Source of the DNA: Phycisphaerales bacterium
Lineage (GTDB): Bacteria > Planctomycetota > Phycisphaerae > Phycisphaerales > UBA1924
DNA: 64,000 bases
NCBI GenBank assembly: GCA_965222045.1
Contig: OZ244930.1
Span: 2,684,329 to 2,748,328, forward strand
Direction: 5' to 3'
In this document: piece after piece, positions 54,356 to 62,345 of the stretch
How the letters are laid out: each line of letters starts with the position of its first letter
How positions within the stretch are numbered: position 1 is the stretch's first letter
Program-made: the position numbers and the translations under genes
The notes under the pieces: model-generated
What the model was told of the DNA's origin: nothing
Databases searched by the model: none
The model's input: the letters and a program-made list of their open reading frames with translations, nothing else

Positions 54356-55261
54356 TCACGCCTCACGGTGGGTCAGCATGTCACCAAGCAGGCGGAGCGG
54401 CCGCGTATCTCCCAGGCCGAGCGTATCGAGCTCATTCAGGGCCTCGGATGCCTTGGATCCCAGCCTCTGCGCAACGCGTCTCGACTCTTCCACACCGACC
54501 ACTTCCGGATATGTCCGTTTGCCCGCCGCGGCGTCTTTGCCCAGTGCCTTGCCGACGGTCTGGCTGCTCCCTTCGACGTCCAGCAGGTCGTCGATGATCT
54601 GAAACTGCAGCCCGATCGATTCACTAAAGGCGGTCAGGAGGTCGAGAGCCCGATCGTCCGCTTGGGCAGCGACAGCGCCCATCCGGCAACTCGCTCGCAG
54701 GAGCGCGCCGGTCTTGTTCCGATGAATCAACTCGACGCCTTCGATTTCTCCGATGCCATCTGGCAGTCCCCCGAGCGTGTCGAAGATCTGCCCTTCGATC
54801 ATGGCTCTGGTCCCACTGGCGAGTTCCTTGCTCAATCGCAGTGCAATCTCGTGGTCCGGGTGCTCGTGGGTGGACTCGTAGGCCATCGAAAGCAGCGCAT
54901 CGCCGGCGAGAATGGCCATGGCCTCCCCCGCGTGAATGTGCAGCGTCGGGCGCCCTCGACGGAGATCATCATTATCGAGAGCGGGTAGGTCGTCATGAAT
55001 CAGGCTGAAGGCATGAATCATCTCTACCGCCGCCCCCGCCTCAAGACTGTGTTCACCCGGAGTGCCGCAAGCAACAGCGCTGTACCATGCAAGGGCAGGT
55101 CGGATCCGCTTCCCGCCGCCCAACAGGCTGTAACGGATCGCCGAATCGAGTTTGCTCGGCAATGCCCGCCGATCGAGAAACCCTGCAAGATGTGTGTCAA
55201 CCCGTTCAATCACGCTGCGGAGGTCGTGCGGGGCACCTGATTGGGTCGGAGTGTGTTTCAC
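54356..55261 (-). CDS. ispA: polyprenyl (farnesyl/geranylgeranyl) diphosphate synthase
   Basis: GGKRIRP, first Asp-rich motif LIHDDLPALDNDDLRRGRPT, second motif QIIDDLLD. The start is uncertain: GTG 55261 gives the usual ~300 aa, and the only upstream ATG (55468) would overlap the divergent gene. Confidence 0.85.
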   Translation of the reverse strand: MKHTPTQSGAPHDLRSVIERVDTHLAGFLDRRALPSKLDSAIRYSLLGGGKRIRPALAWYSAVACGTPGEHSLEAGAAVEMIHAFSLIHDDLPALDNDDLRRGRPTLHIHAGEAMAILAGDALLSMAYESTHEHPDHEIALRLSKELASGTRAMIEGQIFDTLGGLPDGIGEIEGVELIHRNKTGALLRASCRMGAVAAQADDRALDLLTAFSESIGLQFQIIDDLLDVEGSSQTVGKALGKDAAAGKRTYPEVVGVEESRRVAQRLGSKASEALNELDTLGLGDTRPLRLLGDMLTHREA

Positions 55262-55290
55262 GCGGGATCTTAGCGACACACGCGCATGCG

Positions 55291-55299
55291 TGCTAGCAT
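55291..55299 (+). promoter_or_regulatory. extended -10 (TGcTAGCAT), 7 nt upstream of ATG 55307 (leaderless geometry)
   Basis: TGCTAGCAT-catcgcg-ATG, with no SD. Confidence 0.4.
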
Positions 55300-55306
55300 C
55301 ATCGCG

Positions 55307-55918
55307 ATGCTCGATCAGGCGATCCAGTTTTTCCAGGCCGGCGGATGGGTGATGTACCCGCTTTTGCTCATGAGCGTGCTTTCGCTGACGCTCATCTTCG
55401 AGCGCTTTGTATTCTGGGGTCTTGTGCAACGCAGGGGGCCCTCGCAGCTCATGCGGTACATCGACCAACTCCAGCAGCTTGGCCGCGATGAGCTCCTCAA
55501 GCGATCAAGCCGCGACAGAACGCTCGAGGGGCGTCTTGTTCATGCGGCCCTCAAAGACAATACCACGTCTGACTCGGCGCTCATCGGGCACATTGAGATG
55601 CTCAGGAGTTCGATCGAACGCTTCTCGCCGACGCTTGGCACCGTTATCGCGGCCGCGCCGCTGCTGGGCATCCTCGGGACAGTGACCGGGATTATCCAGA
55701 GCTTCGATCTGCTCGGTGAGGCCGCGAGTGTTTCGGACCCCGCGATCGTTGCGGGCGGGATTGCCGAGGCGCTCTACACAACGGCGTTTGGTCTGAGCAT
55801 CGCCCTCGTGACGCTCTTTCCGCACGTGTACTACAAAGTAAACGCGGATCGTGCGCTCGGACGCCTCGAACTGCTCGCCGGCGCGATCGCAGACCGCCAG
55901 CCAAGCCCAAATCCCTGA
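55307..55918 (+). CDS. MotA/TolQ/ExbB proton-channel family protein
   Basis: MLDQAIQFFQAGGWVMYPLLLMSVLSLTLIFER N-terminus, and a C-terminal TM pair with GILGTVTGI and ALYTTAFGL. No ExbD/TolR gene follows. Confidence 0.85.
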   Translation: MLDQAIQFFQAGGWVMYPLLLMSVLSLTLIFERFVFWGLVQRRGPSQLMRYIDQLQQLGRDELLKRSSRDRTLEGRLVHAALKDNTTSDSALIGHIEMLRSSIERFSPTLGTVIAAAPLLGILGTVTGIIQSFDLLGEAASVSDPAIVAGGIAEALYTTAFGLSIALVTLFPHVYYKVNADRALGRLELLAGAIADRQPSPNP

Positions 55919-56374
55919 TCAGGCGGTTTGCGCGCTGACGAGCTCGAAAATTTCTTCTGGAGAACTCGCGTTGTAGATCCGCTCGCGGAACTCTGCGTCG
56001 CTGATGAGGCGGCTGATGTGGGCGAGCGCCTCGATGTGATCCTTGGTCTTATCCGGTGGAGAGGCGAGCAGCACCACGAGTTGTACCGGCTGGGTATCGA
56101 TCGCCTCAAAGTCGATCGGTGCGGCCGGCTTTCCTATCGCCAACGCCTGCGTCTTGAGACTCGCGCACTTCCCGTGTGGGATCGCCAGCCCATGGCCGAT
56201 GCCGGTGGTCCGTGTTTGCTCCCGGGTCCAGACCGCTTCTTTGAGGGATTCAACATCCGAAACGCTCCCCGACTCTCCCATCCGGTCGATCAACTCGTTG
56301 ATGACCGCCTGTTTATCAGTCGAATCCAACGGCGCGATGATGCATGCAGGGTCAAGGATGTCCATCAGGTTCAT
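55919..56374 (-). CDS. ptsN: PTS EIIA(Ntr)-type nitrogen regulatory protein
   Basis: EIIA-2 fold with the phospho-histidine context TGIGHGLAIPHGK. ATG 56374 has GAGG 8 nt upstream. Confidence 0.85.
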   Translation of the reverse strand: MNLMDILDPACIIAPLDSTDKQAVINELIDRMGESGSVSDVESLKEAVWTREQTRTTGIGHGLAIPHGKCASLKTQALAIGKPAAPIDFEAIDTQPVQLVVLLASPPDKTKDHIEALAHISRLISDAEFRERIYNASSPEEIFELVSAQTA

Positions 56375-56464
56375 GATCTGTACCTCACGAAAGACCAAGT
56401 CGGGAGAAGAGTTTAAGCGAGAAATCTGTAGCCGTGTTGGATCGAGTAAAAATGTCGAACATTC

Positions 56465-57853
56465 TCAATCGTTCCTTCTGAATCGGGCGGAGAATGCGCC
56501 GTCCTGATACGAGCTGGGCGAATCGCCGGGCTGCCCACTCGCCTCAATCCGCGCCAACTCGATCAGCTCCAGCCCGAGCTCCTTCGATGCCCAATCGGCC
56601 TGCGCCTCGTTCTCATCGATCTCGGCGCTGCACGTCGAATAGACGAGCGTGCCACCCGGGGCCAGCAGTACCCGGGCGTGACGCAGAATCTCCCGCTGCA
56701 TGGCGGCAAGTCGCTTGAGCTGCGAATCGAGCGGGCGATAGCGGGCTTCAACCCTCCGCGGCAGCACGCCGGTGTTCGAGCAGGGGGCATCGACCAGGAT
56801 GAAATCGGCGGATTCAGCGTACGCTGAGTCCAGATCTCGAACATGCTCGACCTGAACTAGAGCGTCATCTGAGAACTGCTCCTGGAGCGTCCGCAGCCGT
56901 TTAGAGTCGATCTCGCTCGCGATCACTTTGCAGTTGGGTAGCATGGCTCGAAGCTGGCGGGTCTTCGTGCCCTGGCCTGCACACAAGTCGATGGCAAGCT
57001 CTGGCTCGCTATCGAAACGCAGCTGGCCCAAAGTAGCACTGCTCGCAGGATCTTGCACCCAGAGATCAGATTCCGAGTCAAGCAACGCGAGTAACTCAGC
57101 GCGACTCCCGGAAAAGACGTGATGGTCACCAGACGCATGCGGGATCATCGCGGGATCATCAGACAGTGTAGAGCAGTGCTTTGTGTACAGGATAGTGGGG
57201 GGCTTGCAGATGGTGTGCAGCGATTGAAGGGTCGGGTCGCCGTACATCGCTTCCCATCTCTGCAACAGCGCGTTGGGGAGCGAACAGGCGATCCCGAGCC
57301 GCCTGCGTCCATGCTCCGGGAGCTCGACCCCATTGAGTCGAAGCATCCCCCCCTCACTCAGCGGGATCGCATCCAAGTGATGCTCCCAGGCATCCTCGAT
57401 CTGTTCTCCACGCACGCGGGCAACTTTGCGGAGCACCGCGTTCACCATGCCGCCCGCTCCAGGACGGATGTGTCGCTTGGCCCACGAAACGGATTCGTCG
57501 AGAATCGCATGGGGAGGAACCCGATCCAGCAGGAGCAGCTGGGCTGCGCCCCCGAGGAGCACGGCGCGGAGCCTCGGTTCGATCTCGTGGGATGCGTGCC
57601 CGCTCAGGGTCTCGATGATGTACTCGAGCGTCCGCCAGCGACGGACCGACGCATCAACGATGGCGATCGCCAGACTGGCGTCTCTTGCCTCGAGCGACCC
57701 GGTATTGATCTCGCTGGGCAGGAGGTCAGGGTAGCGTTTCGCGTGCGCACTCAGATGCCTGTAAGCCGCATCGCGAGCATCGCGGATTGGTGCATCACCA
57801 CTCGTGTTACGCCTGCGTGTGTTCTGAATCTGACCTTGACCACGATCTGTCAT
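56465..57853 (-). CDS. rsmB: 16S rRNA (cytosine-C5)-methyltransferase RsmB/Sun family
   Basis: NusB-like N-terminal domain plus a SAM methyltransferase core (DLCAGQGTKT, ILVDAPCSNTGVL, LVYSTCS). ATG 57853 preferred. Confidence 0.88.
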   Translation of the reverse strand: MTDRGQGQIQNTRRRNTSGDAPIRDARDAAYRHLSAHAKRYPDLLPSEINTGSLEARDASLAIAIVDASVRRWRTLEYIIETLSGHASHEIEPRLRAVLLGGAAQLLLLDRVPPHAILDESVSWAKRHIRPGAGGMVNAVLRKVARVRGEQIEDAWEHHLDAIPLSEGGMLRLNGVELPEHGRRRLGIACSLPNALLQRWEAMYGDPTLQSLHTICKPPTILYTKHCSTLSDDPAMIPHASGDHHVFSGSRAELLALLDSESDLWVQDPASSATLGQLRFDSEPELAIDLCAGQGTKTRQLRAMLPNCKVIASEIDSKRLRTLQEQFSDDALVQVEHVRDLDSAYAESADFILVDAPCSNTGVLPRRVEARYRPLDSQLKRLAAMQREILRHARVLLAPGGTLVYSTCSAEIDENEAQADWASKELGLELIELARIEASGQPGDSPSSYQDGAFSARFRRND

Positions 57854-57860
57854 ACGCCCA

Positions 57861-57866
57861 AGAATA
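57861..57866 (-). promoter_or_regulatory. -10-like TATTCT, 7 nt upstream of the rsmB ATG 57853 (leaderless geometry)
   Basis: The minus strand reads TATTCT-tgggcgt-ATG. There is no SD. Confidence 0.3.
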
Positions 57867-58116
57867 GGCCCTCTTCCAAGGCCAACCGGAGCCAGTGGAT
57901 GAACTGATTGGTGTGTTTCGGGCACGCTGATATGCCCAGACGCAGGCCTTCTGGTATGACCGGATCAGGGCCACGAGTGCCAATGAACACTATGATTCCC
58001 GAGCCGGCAGTTCTGGATGAGTTGCCTGAAGGGATGCCTTGATCAAGGAAGAGGACAGATCGACCGATCAAACGCCCTCAGGAAGGCGCTTTTCGACGTA
58101 CCGCATCCTGTCGGGC

Positions 58117-59571
58117 ATGCGTATCCGCAAGAAGCTAATCGTTCTACACACCGCGTTCTCCCTGGGGCTTGGGACCATCCTGCTCATCGCGATCCGTCCA
58201 GCGATGTCAAAGGTGATCTATGGCGCTGAGATCGACCTTGGACAGCGCGTGCTGAGCATCCTGCTTGAAGAAGAATCAGCCATCGGAGAAATCCGAGTCC
58301 CTGACCAGATACAGGCGGAATCCAGGGTGCTGACCGGGCCGGACGCAACGCTTGGTATTTCTGATCAGATTTTGTTCCAGGCGAGGCGTGAGCCAAGAGC
58401 CGCGATCCCCGCCCCAGCGGATGAGTTCGCTGCCGGTGTGATCTGCTGGCTGGAGGACCGAGATCAGTTCCTGCTCGTGCGAGCCCGCTCCGATCGTGCC
58501 CGTGATGCGATCCAGCTGGTCTACCTGCTCGTGATCACGACACTGCTCGTCGGGTACGGGCTGGTGGCCGCGGCGCTTGAACTCTTTGTGCTCCCGCAGC
58601 ACGTGTACCGTCCGATCAGCGCCATGCTGCAAGCCGATCAGGCCGTCGCGGAGGGCGATCGGACACGTGAGATCATCCCGGACTCTGAGATACCGGCGGA
58701 TGAACTGGGCTCGATCATGCGATCAAGGAACGAAGCAATCCACGCGCTCAGAACGCATGAGCACGAGCTCGCAGATGCGCTGGATCGTCTCGAGCAGACC
58801 GCTGCGGATCTGCATAAGAAGAATCATCTCCTCGAAACTGCTCGGAAGAACCTTGAAGGCGCGGATCGTCTCGCGTCCCTTGGCATGATGAGCGCGGGTA
58901 TCGCTCACGAGCTCAATACACCTCTGGCGGTTGTCAAGGGGCTCGTCGAAAAGCTCAACCGGGATCGGGAACTCTCTGACACCGAGGTGGCGCTGCTCGT
59001 CCGCGTGGTTGGGCGATTGGAAACGCTCTCAGAGGGATTGCTGGATTTCGCACGTGTCCGTCCACCTCTGAATGAGCACGCTGATCTGGTAGAGCTGATT
59101 CGAGAAGCAGTCACGCTCGTAAAAATCGATCGGAAGCATGCGGCGGGCGAGGTCCAGGTTGCCGTGAACTCGTACGCGGATTCAATCGATGTGGTGTGCG
59201 ATCCGGATCGATTGGTGCAAGTCTTCGTCAATCTGGTCAGGAATGCGGTTGATGCCCTGGTTGAATCCGAAGCGCAGTCACCCAAGGTGACGATCCACGT
59301 AGAACACGAGACCCGTGAGTCGATGCCTTGGCTCGCCATTCGTGTAATCGACAACGGTCCCGGCATCGACGTGGAGCTGATCGATCGCCTTTTCGAGCCA
59401 TTCGTCTCGACGCGACTCGATGCCCAAGGGACCGGACTCGGGCTTGCGGTCGCGCACGGCATCATCCGTGAACACGGCGGTCTGCTCACTGCAACGAACA
59501 GGTCAAGCACGGAAACGAGTGGGGCGGTATTCGAGGTTCTGCTCCCACAGGAGCGTCCTGAGAATGTCTAA
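58117..59571 (+). CDS. sensor histidine kinase
   Basis: Two TM helices flank a periplasmic segment. HisKA H-box SAGIAHELNTPL, and HATPase_c N, G1 and G2 boxes (NLVRNAVDA, DNGPGI, GTGLGL). Confidence 0.88.
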   Translation: MRIRKKLIVLHTAFSLGLGTILLIAIRPAMSKVIYGAEIDLGQRVLSILLEEESAIGEIRVPDQIQAESRVLTGPDATLGISDQILFQARREPRAAIPAPADEFAAGVICWLEDRDQFLLVRARSDRARDAIQLVYLLVITTLLVGYGLVAAALELFVLPQHVYRPISAMLQADQAVAEGDRTREIIPDSEIPADELGSIMRSRNEAIHALRTHEHELADALDRLEQTAADLHKKNHLLETARKNLEGADRLASLGMMSAGIAHELNTPLAVVKGLVEKLNRDRELSDTEVALLVRVVGRLETLSEGLLDFARVRPPLNEHADLVELIREAVTLVKIDRKHAAGEVQVAVNSYADSIDVVCDPDRLVQVFVNLVRNAVDALVESEAQSPKVTIHVEHETRESMPWLAIRVIDNGPGIDVELIDRLFEPFVSTRLDAQGTGLGLAVAHGIIREHGGLLTATNRSSTETSGAVFEVLLPQERPENV

Positions 59572-59691
59572 AGATCACTGGCCGCCGAGAAATACGGCTT
59601 GGCAGTAAAAAATGGATCTTTTGATCGTGATTTGTCGCCCCGGCTTCGGTATGCTTTGAATAAGCAGTTAGCACCCGCCGCGGAGCTCGAT

Positions 59692-60324
59692 ATGAATGCG
59701 AACGCCATGACGACCGACCACGTTGTACCTCTGACCATCCTGTCACTCGACGACGACGCTGATTTCCGCGAATACCTCGCTGGGACGCTTCAGGGTGAGG
59801 GGCACGATGTCACCACCGTCGCGACCCCAGATGAGCTGTTCAAGAGGGCTGCGGAAATGCACCCCGACGTGATCATGCTGGACATCAAGATGGGGAAACA
59901 CGCTGGTGAGGATGTTCTCCGCGAAATTCGGACCCGATGGCCAAAGCAATGCGTGATCGTCGTCACCGGATACCCATCTCTGGATTCAATGCGTGAGACG
60001 TTCAAGCAGGACGTGTTTGATTACATCTCGAAGCCATTCAGTGCTGACGACATGCGACGGGTCCTCTCACAGGCCTCAGATCAACTCGGGCTTGGGCAGC
60101 GGCCCATGGACCGGTTGCGCGGCGTGCTCGGGAGGCAGATCAGACTGGCGCGGACCGAGCGTGGCTGGACACTCAGAGAGCTGTCAGAGCTGAGTTCAGT
60201 ATCCGTATCTCAGCTCAGCTCGATTGAACGTGGTACCCACCTCCCGAGCGTGGAGTCCCTCGTGGCGATCTCGCTCGCCCTGGAGGCGAAGCCGAGCGAC
60301 TGGTTTGCCGCGGCAGGGTTCTGA
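59692..60324 (+). CDS. response regulator: receiver domain fused to an XRE-type HTH
   Basis: REC domain (LSLDDD ... MLDIKM ... VVTGY), then RLARTERGWTLRELSELSSVSVSQLSSIERG (Cro/C1 HTH). ATG 59692 has GGAG 6 nt upstream. Confidence 0.8.
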   Translation: MNANAMTTDHVVPLTILSLDDDADFREYLAGTLQGEGHDVTTVATPDELFKRAAEMHPDVIMLDIKMGKHAGEDVLREIRTRWPKQCVIVVTGYPSLDSMRETFKQDVFDYISKPFSADDMRRVLSQASDQLGLGQRPMDRLRGVLGRQIRLARTERGWTLRELSELSSVSVSQLSSIERGTHLPSVESLVAISLALEAKPSDWFAAAGF

Positions 60325-60358
60325 GCTGAATCGAACGCGATCGCGCGGCAGACGCGCC

Positions 60359-60364
60359 TAATGT
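60359..60364 (+). promoter_or_regulatory. -10-like TAATGT, 6 nt upstream of the lpxB GTG (leaderless geometry)
   Basis: TAATGT-tggcgc-GTG, with no SD. A GTG start makes this the weakest member of the set. Confidence 0.25.
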
Positions 60365-60370
60365 TGGCGC

Positions 60371-61537
60371 GTGGAACAGTCGATTGACCAACCCGCGATC
60401 CTCTTTACGGCCTTCGAGCCATCAGGCGACGACCATGCAGCCGCGGTCATCACACGCCTCCGGAATGCCTACCCAAAGCTCAGGATATACGCATGGGGCG
60501 GTCGCAAGATGCAAGCCGCCGGAGCGGAGATCATCGAGATCACCGGCGACGACGCCGTGATGGGGCTCCCCGGGCTTGCGAAGATCAGGGAACACAAACG
60601 CATCAACGCGAACATCGAGCGATGGCTTCAGCAGAACCGGATCGCTGTCCATGTTCCTGTCGACTCCCCCGCGGCCAACTTTCCCGTCTGCAAGCTCACC
60701 AAAGCAGCCGGATCTCGCATCGTCCACCTCGTGGCCCCCCAGCTCTGGGCGTGGGCCCCGTGGCGAATCCGCAAGCTCCGTCGCCTTACCGATCACGTGA
60801 TGTGCGTTCTGCCGTTTGAGCAGGACTGGTTCCGCTCCCGAGGAGTGGAGGCCACGTTCATCGGGCACCCGCTCTTCGATGAATCACTCGACCTTGAAGG
60901 GCTCGATCGGCAGATCGCGGATTGGCCACGCGGTGAGCAGAACATTGCATTGATGCCGGGGTCGCGACCGAGCGAGATGCGGAAGAACTTCCCGCTCATC
61001 CTCGGCGCCTACATCAAACTCAACAACGAGCACCGGGATATGCGAGGTATCGTCGCCGCGACGCGTCAGGAGATCGAGCCCGTCCTCCGTGATATCGCAC
61101 GCGATGCCGGGCTTGAATGGCCCGATTCTCTCCAGATCAAGCACGGGAGCACGGATGCGGTCGTCCGGTGGTGTGACCTCGCCATCGTCGTCTCAGGGAC
61201 CGTGACGCTCCAGATTGCACGGCAGCACAAGCCGATGGTCATCGTGTACAAGCTCGGGCGAGTGGTCTGGACCCTTATTGCCCGCTGGCTGATCCGCACA
61301 GACTACATCACGCTCCCCAACCTGATCGCAGGGAGAGAGATCACACCCGAGCTCGTACCGCATTTCGGCGGCAGCGAGCCGATCGCAGACAGGGTTGTCG
61401 GGCTGCTGGAAGACCAGGACGCCTTCGCGACCCAAGTCCGTGAGCTCGAGTCGATCGGCAAGGTATACGATGAGCAGCATGCCGCGGACAACGCCGCCAA
61501 GATCATTGCGCGGTATGCGGGTCTTGAGCCGTTCTGA
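60371..61537 (+). CDS. lpxB: lipid-A-disaccharide synthase
   Basis: ILFTAFEPSGDDHAA N-terminus and full-length LpxB (GT19) homology. Confidence 0.9.
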   Translation: MEQSIDQPAILFTAFEPSGDDHAAAVITRLRNAYPKLRIYAWGGRKMQAAGAEIIEITGDDAVMGLPGLAKIREHKRINANIERWLQQNRIAVHVPVDSPAANFPVCKLTKAAGSRIVHLVAPQLWAWAPWRIRKLRRLTDHVMCVLPFEQDWFRSRGVEATFIGHPLFDESLDLEGLDRQIADWPRGEQNIALMPGSRPSEMRKNFPLILGAYIKLNNEHRDMRGIVAATRQEIEPVLRDIARDAGLEWPDSLQIKHGSTDAVVRWCDLAIVVSGTVTLQIARQHKPMVIVYKLGRVVWTLIARWLIRTDYITLPNLIAGREITPELVPHFGGSEPIADRVVGLLEDQDAFATQVRELESIGKVYDEQHAADNAAKIIARYAGLEPF

Positions 61538-62239
61538 TCAGAACCGCACTGGTATCAATCCCAGCGTGCACCAAGCGTTCCCGCCACGATCCTGAATCGG
61601 CATCTTCTCGATATCAGGCATGCCTACCGGTAGATCACGATCGATCATCGTGCGGATCGCCATCGCAAGATCGTGCTCGCCGGCTTCCTCCAGTTCTGTG
61701 AACAGCAGAACCAGCACCCCTCCATGACGGATCATCGGATCCGCGGCCAGCTTCACGACGTCCTCTGCGGGGCCGTTGATGAGCTCGTGGGCATAGCGAG
61801 CGTTCGGCTGGGGCACTCCATCGACATACCGAAACTGGGGTATCGCTTTGATCTCGATCCAGAACGCGTCGCTCGGATCACACTCAGACTCGCTCAACCC
61901 GGGCAACTCGGCGACGGTCTCAAACAGGGTGCTGCTGGCTTTATGGAGTTCTTTGTGGGCATCTACCGGGTCATAGAGTGCCTTTTTCCCCTCTGGGAGC
62001 AGGACCAGATCGACACGGTCACGCGCGTTGCGCCCTGGTAGGCCTTCCGCTGGGCTTGGGAAGCACGCTTCGCGTATCGGTCTATGCGAAGATTCGGTAA
62101 AGGACTGCGACACAAGAGGATGCAGGTCAATCTCTCGCAGGGAGTCGAGTCCCCTCACGGCGTGCTCCTCGGCCAGCTCGAGCTCACGACGATGCAGCCC
62201 ATCGAGCACAGTACGCGTGATGACTGAAAGTGACCACAT
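61538..62239 (-). CDS. hypothetical protein, possible PD-(D/E)xK nuclease fold
   Basis: 233 aa. The spacing of DRVDLVLL ... FWIEIKAI fits a D...ExK motif. The call is inference only. Confidence 0.55.
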   Translation of the reverse strand: MWSLSVITRTVLDGLHRRELELAEEHAVRGLDSLREIDLHPLVSQSFTESSHRPIREACFPSPAEGLPGRNARDRVDLVLLPEGKKALYDPVDAHKELHKASSTLFETVAELPGLSESECDPSDAFWIEIKAIPQFRYVDGVPQPNARYAHELINGPAEDVVKLAADPMIRHGGVLVLLFTELEEAGEHDLAMAIRTMIDRDLPVGMPDIEKMPIQDRGGNAWCTLGLIPVRF

Positions 62240-62245
62240 GGACTC

Positions 62246-62254
62246 AACCTAGCA
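62246..62254 (-). promoter_or_regulatory. extended -10 (TGcTAGGTT), 6 nt upstream of ATG 62239 (leaderless geometry)
   Basis: The minus strand reads TGCTAGGTT-gagtcc-ATG. There is no SD. Confidence 0.4.
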
Positions 62255-62345
62255 GAACCGGGCCAGATTTGCATTTATCGTCACTCTGTGCGATGATTTC
62301 CATCGTTTACCTCTCAGCAATCAGTACCTAGTCAACGGGGACCGT

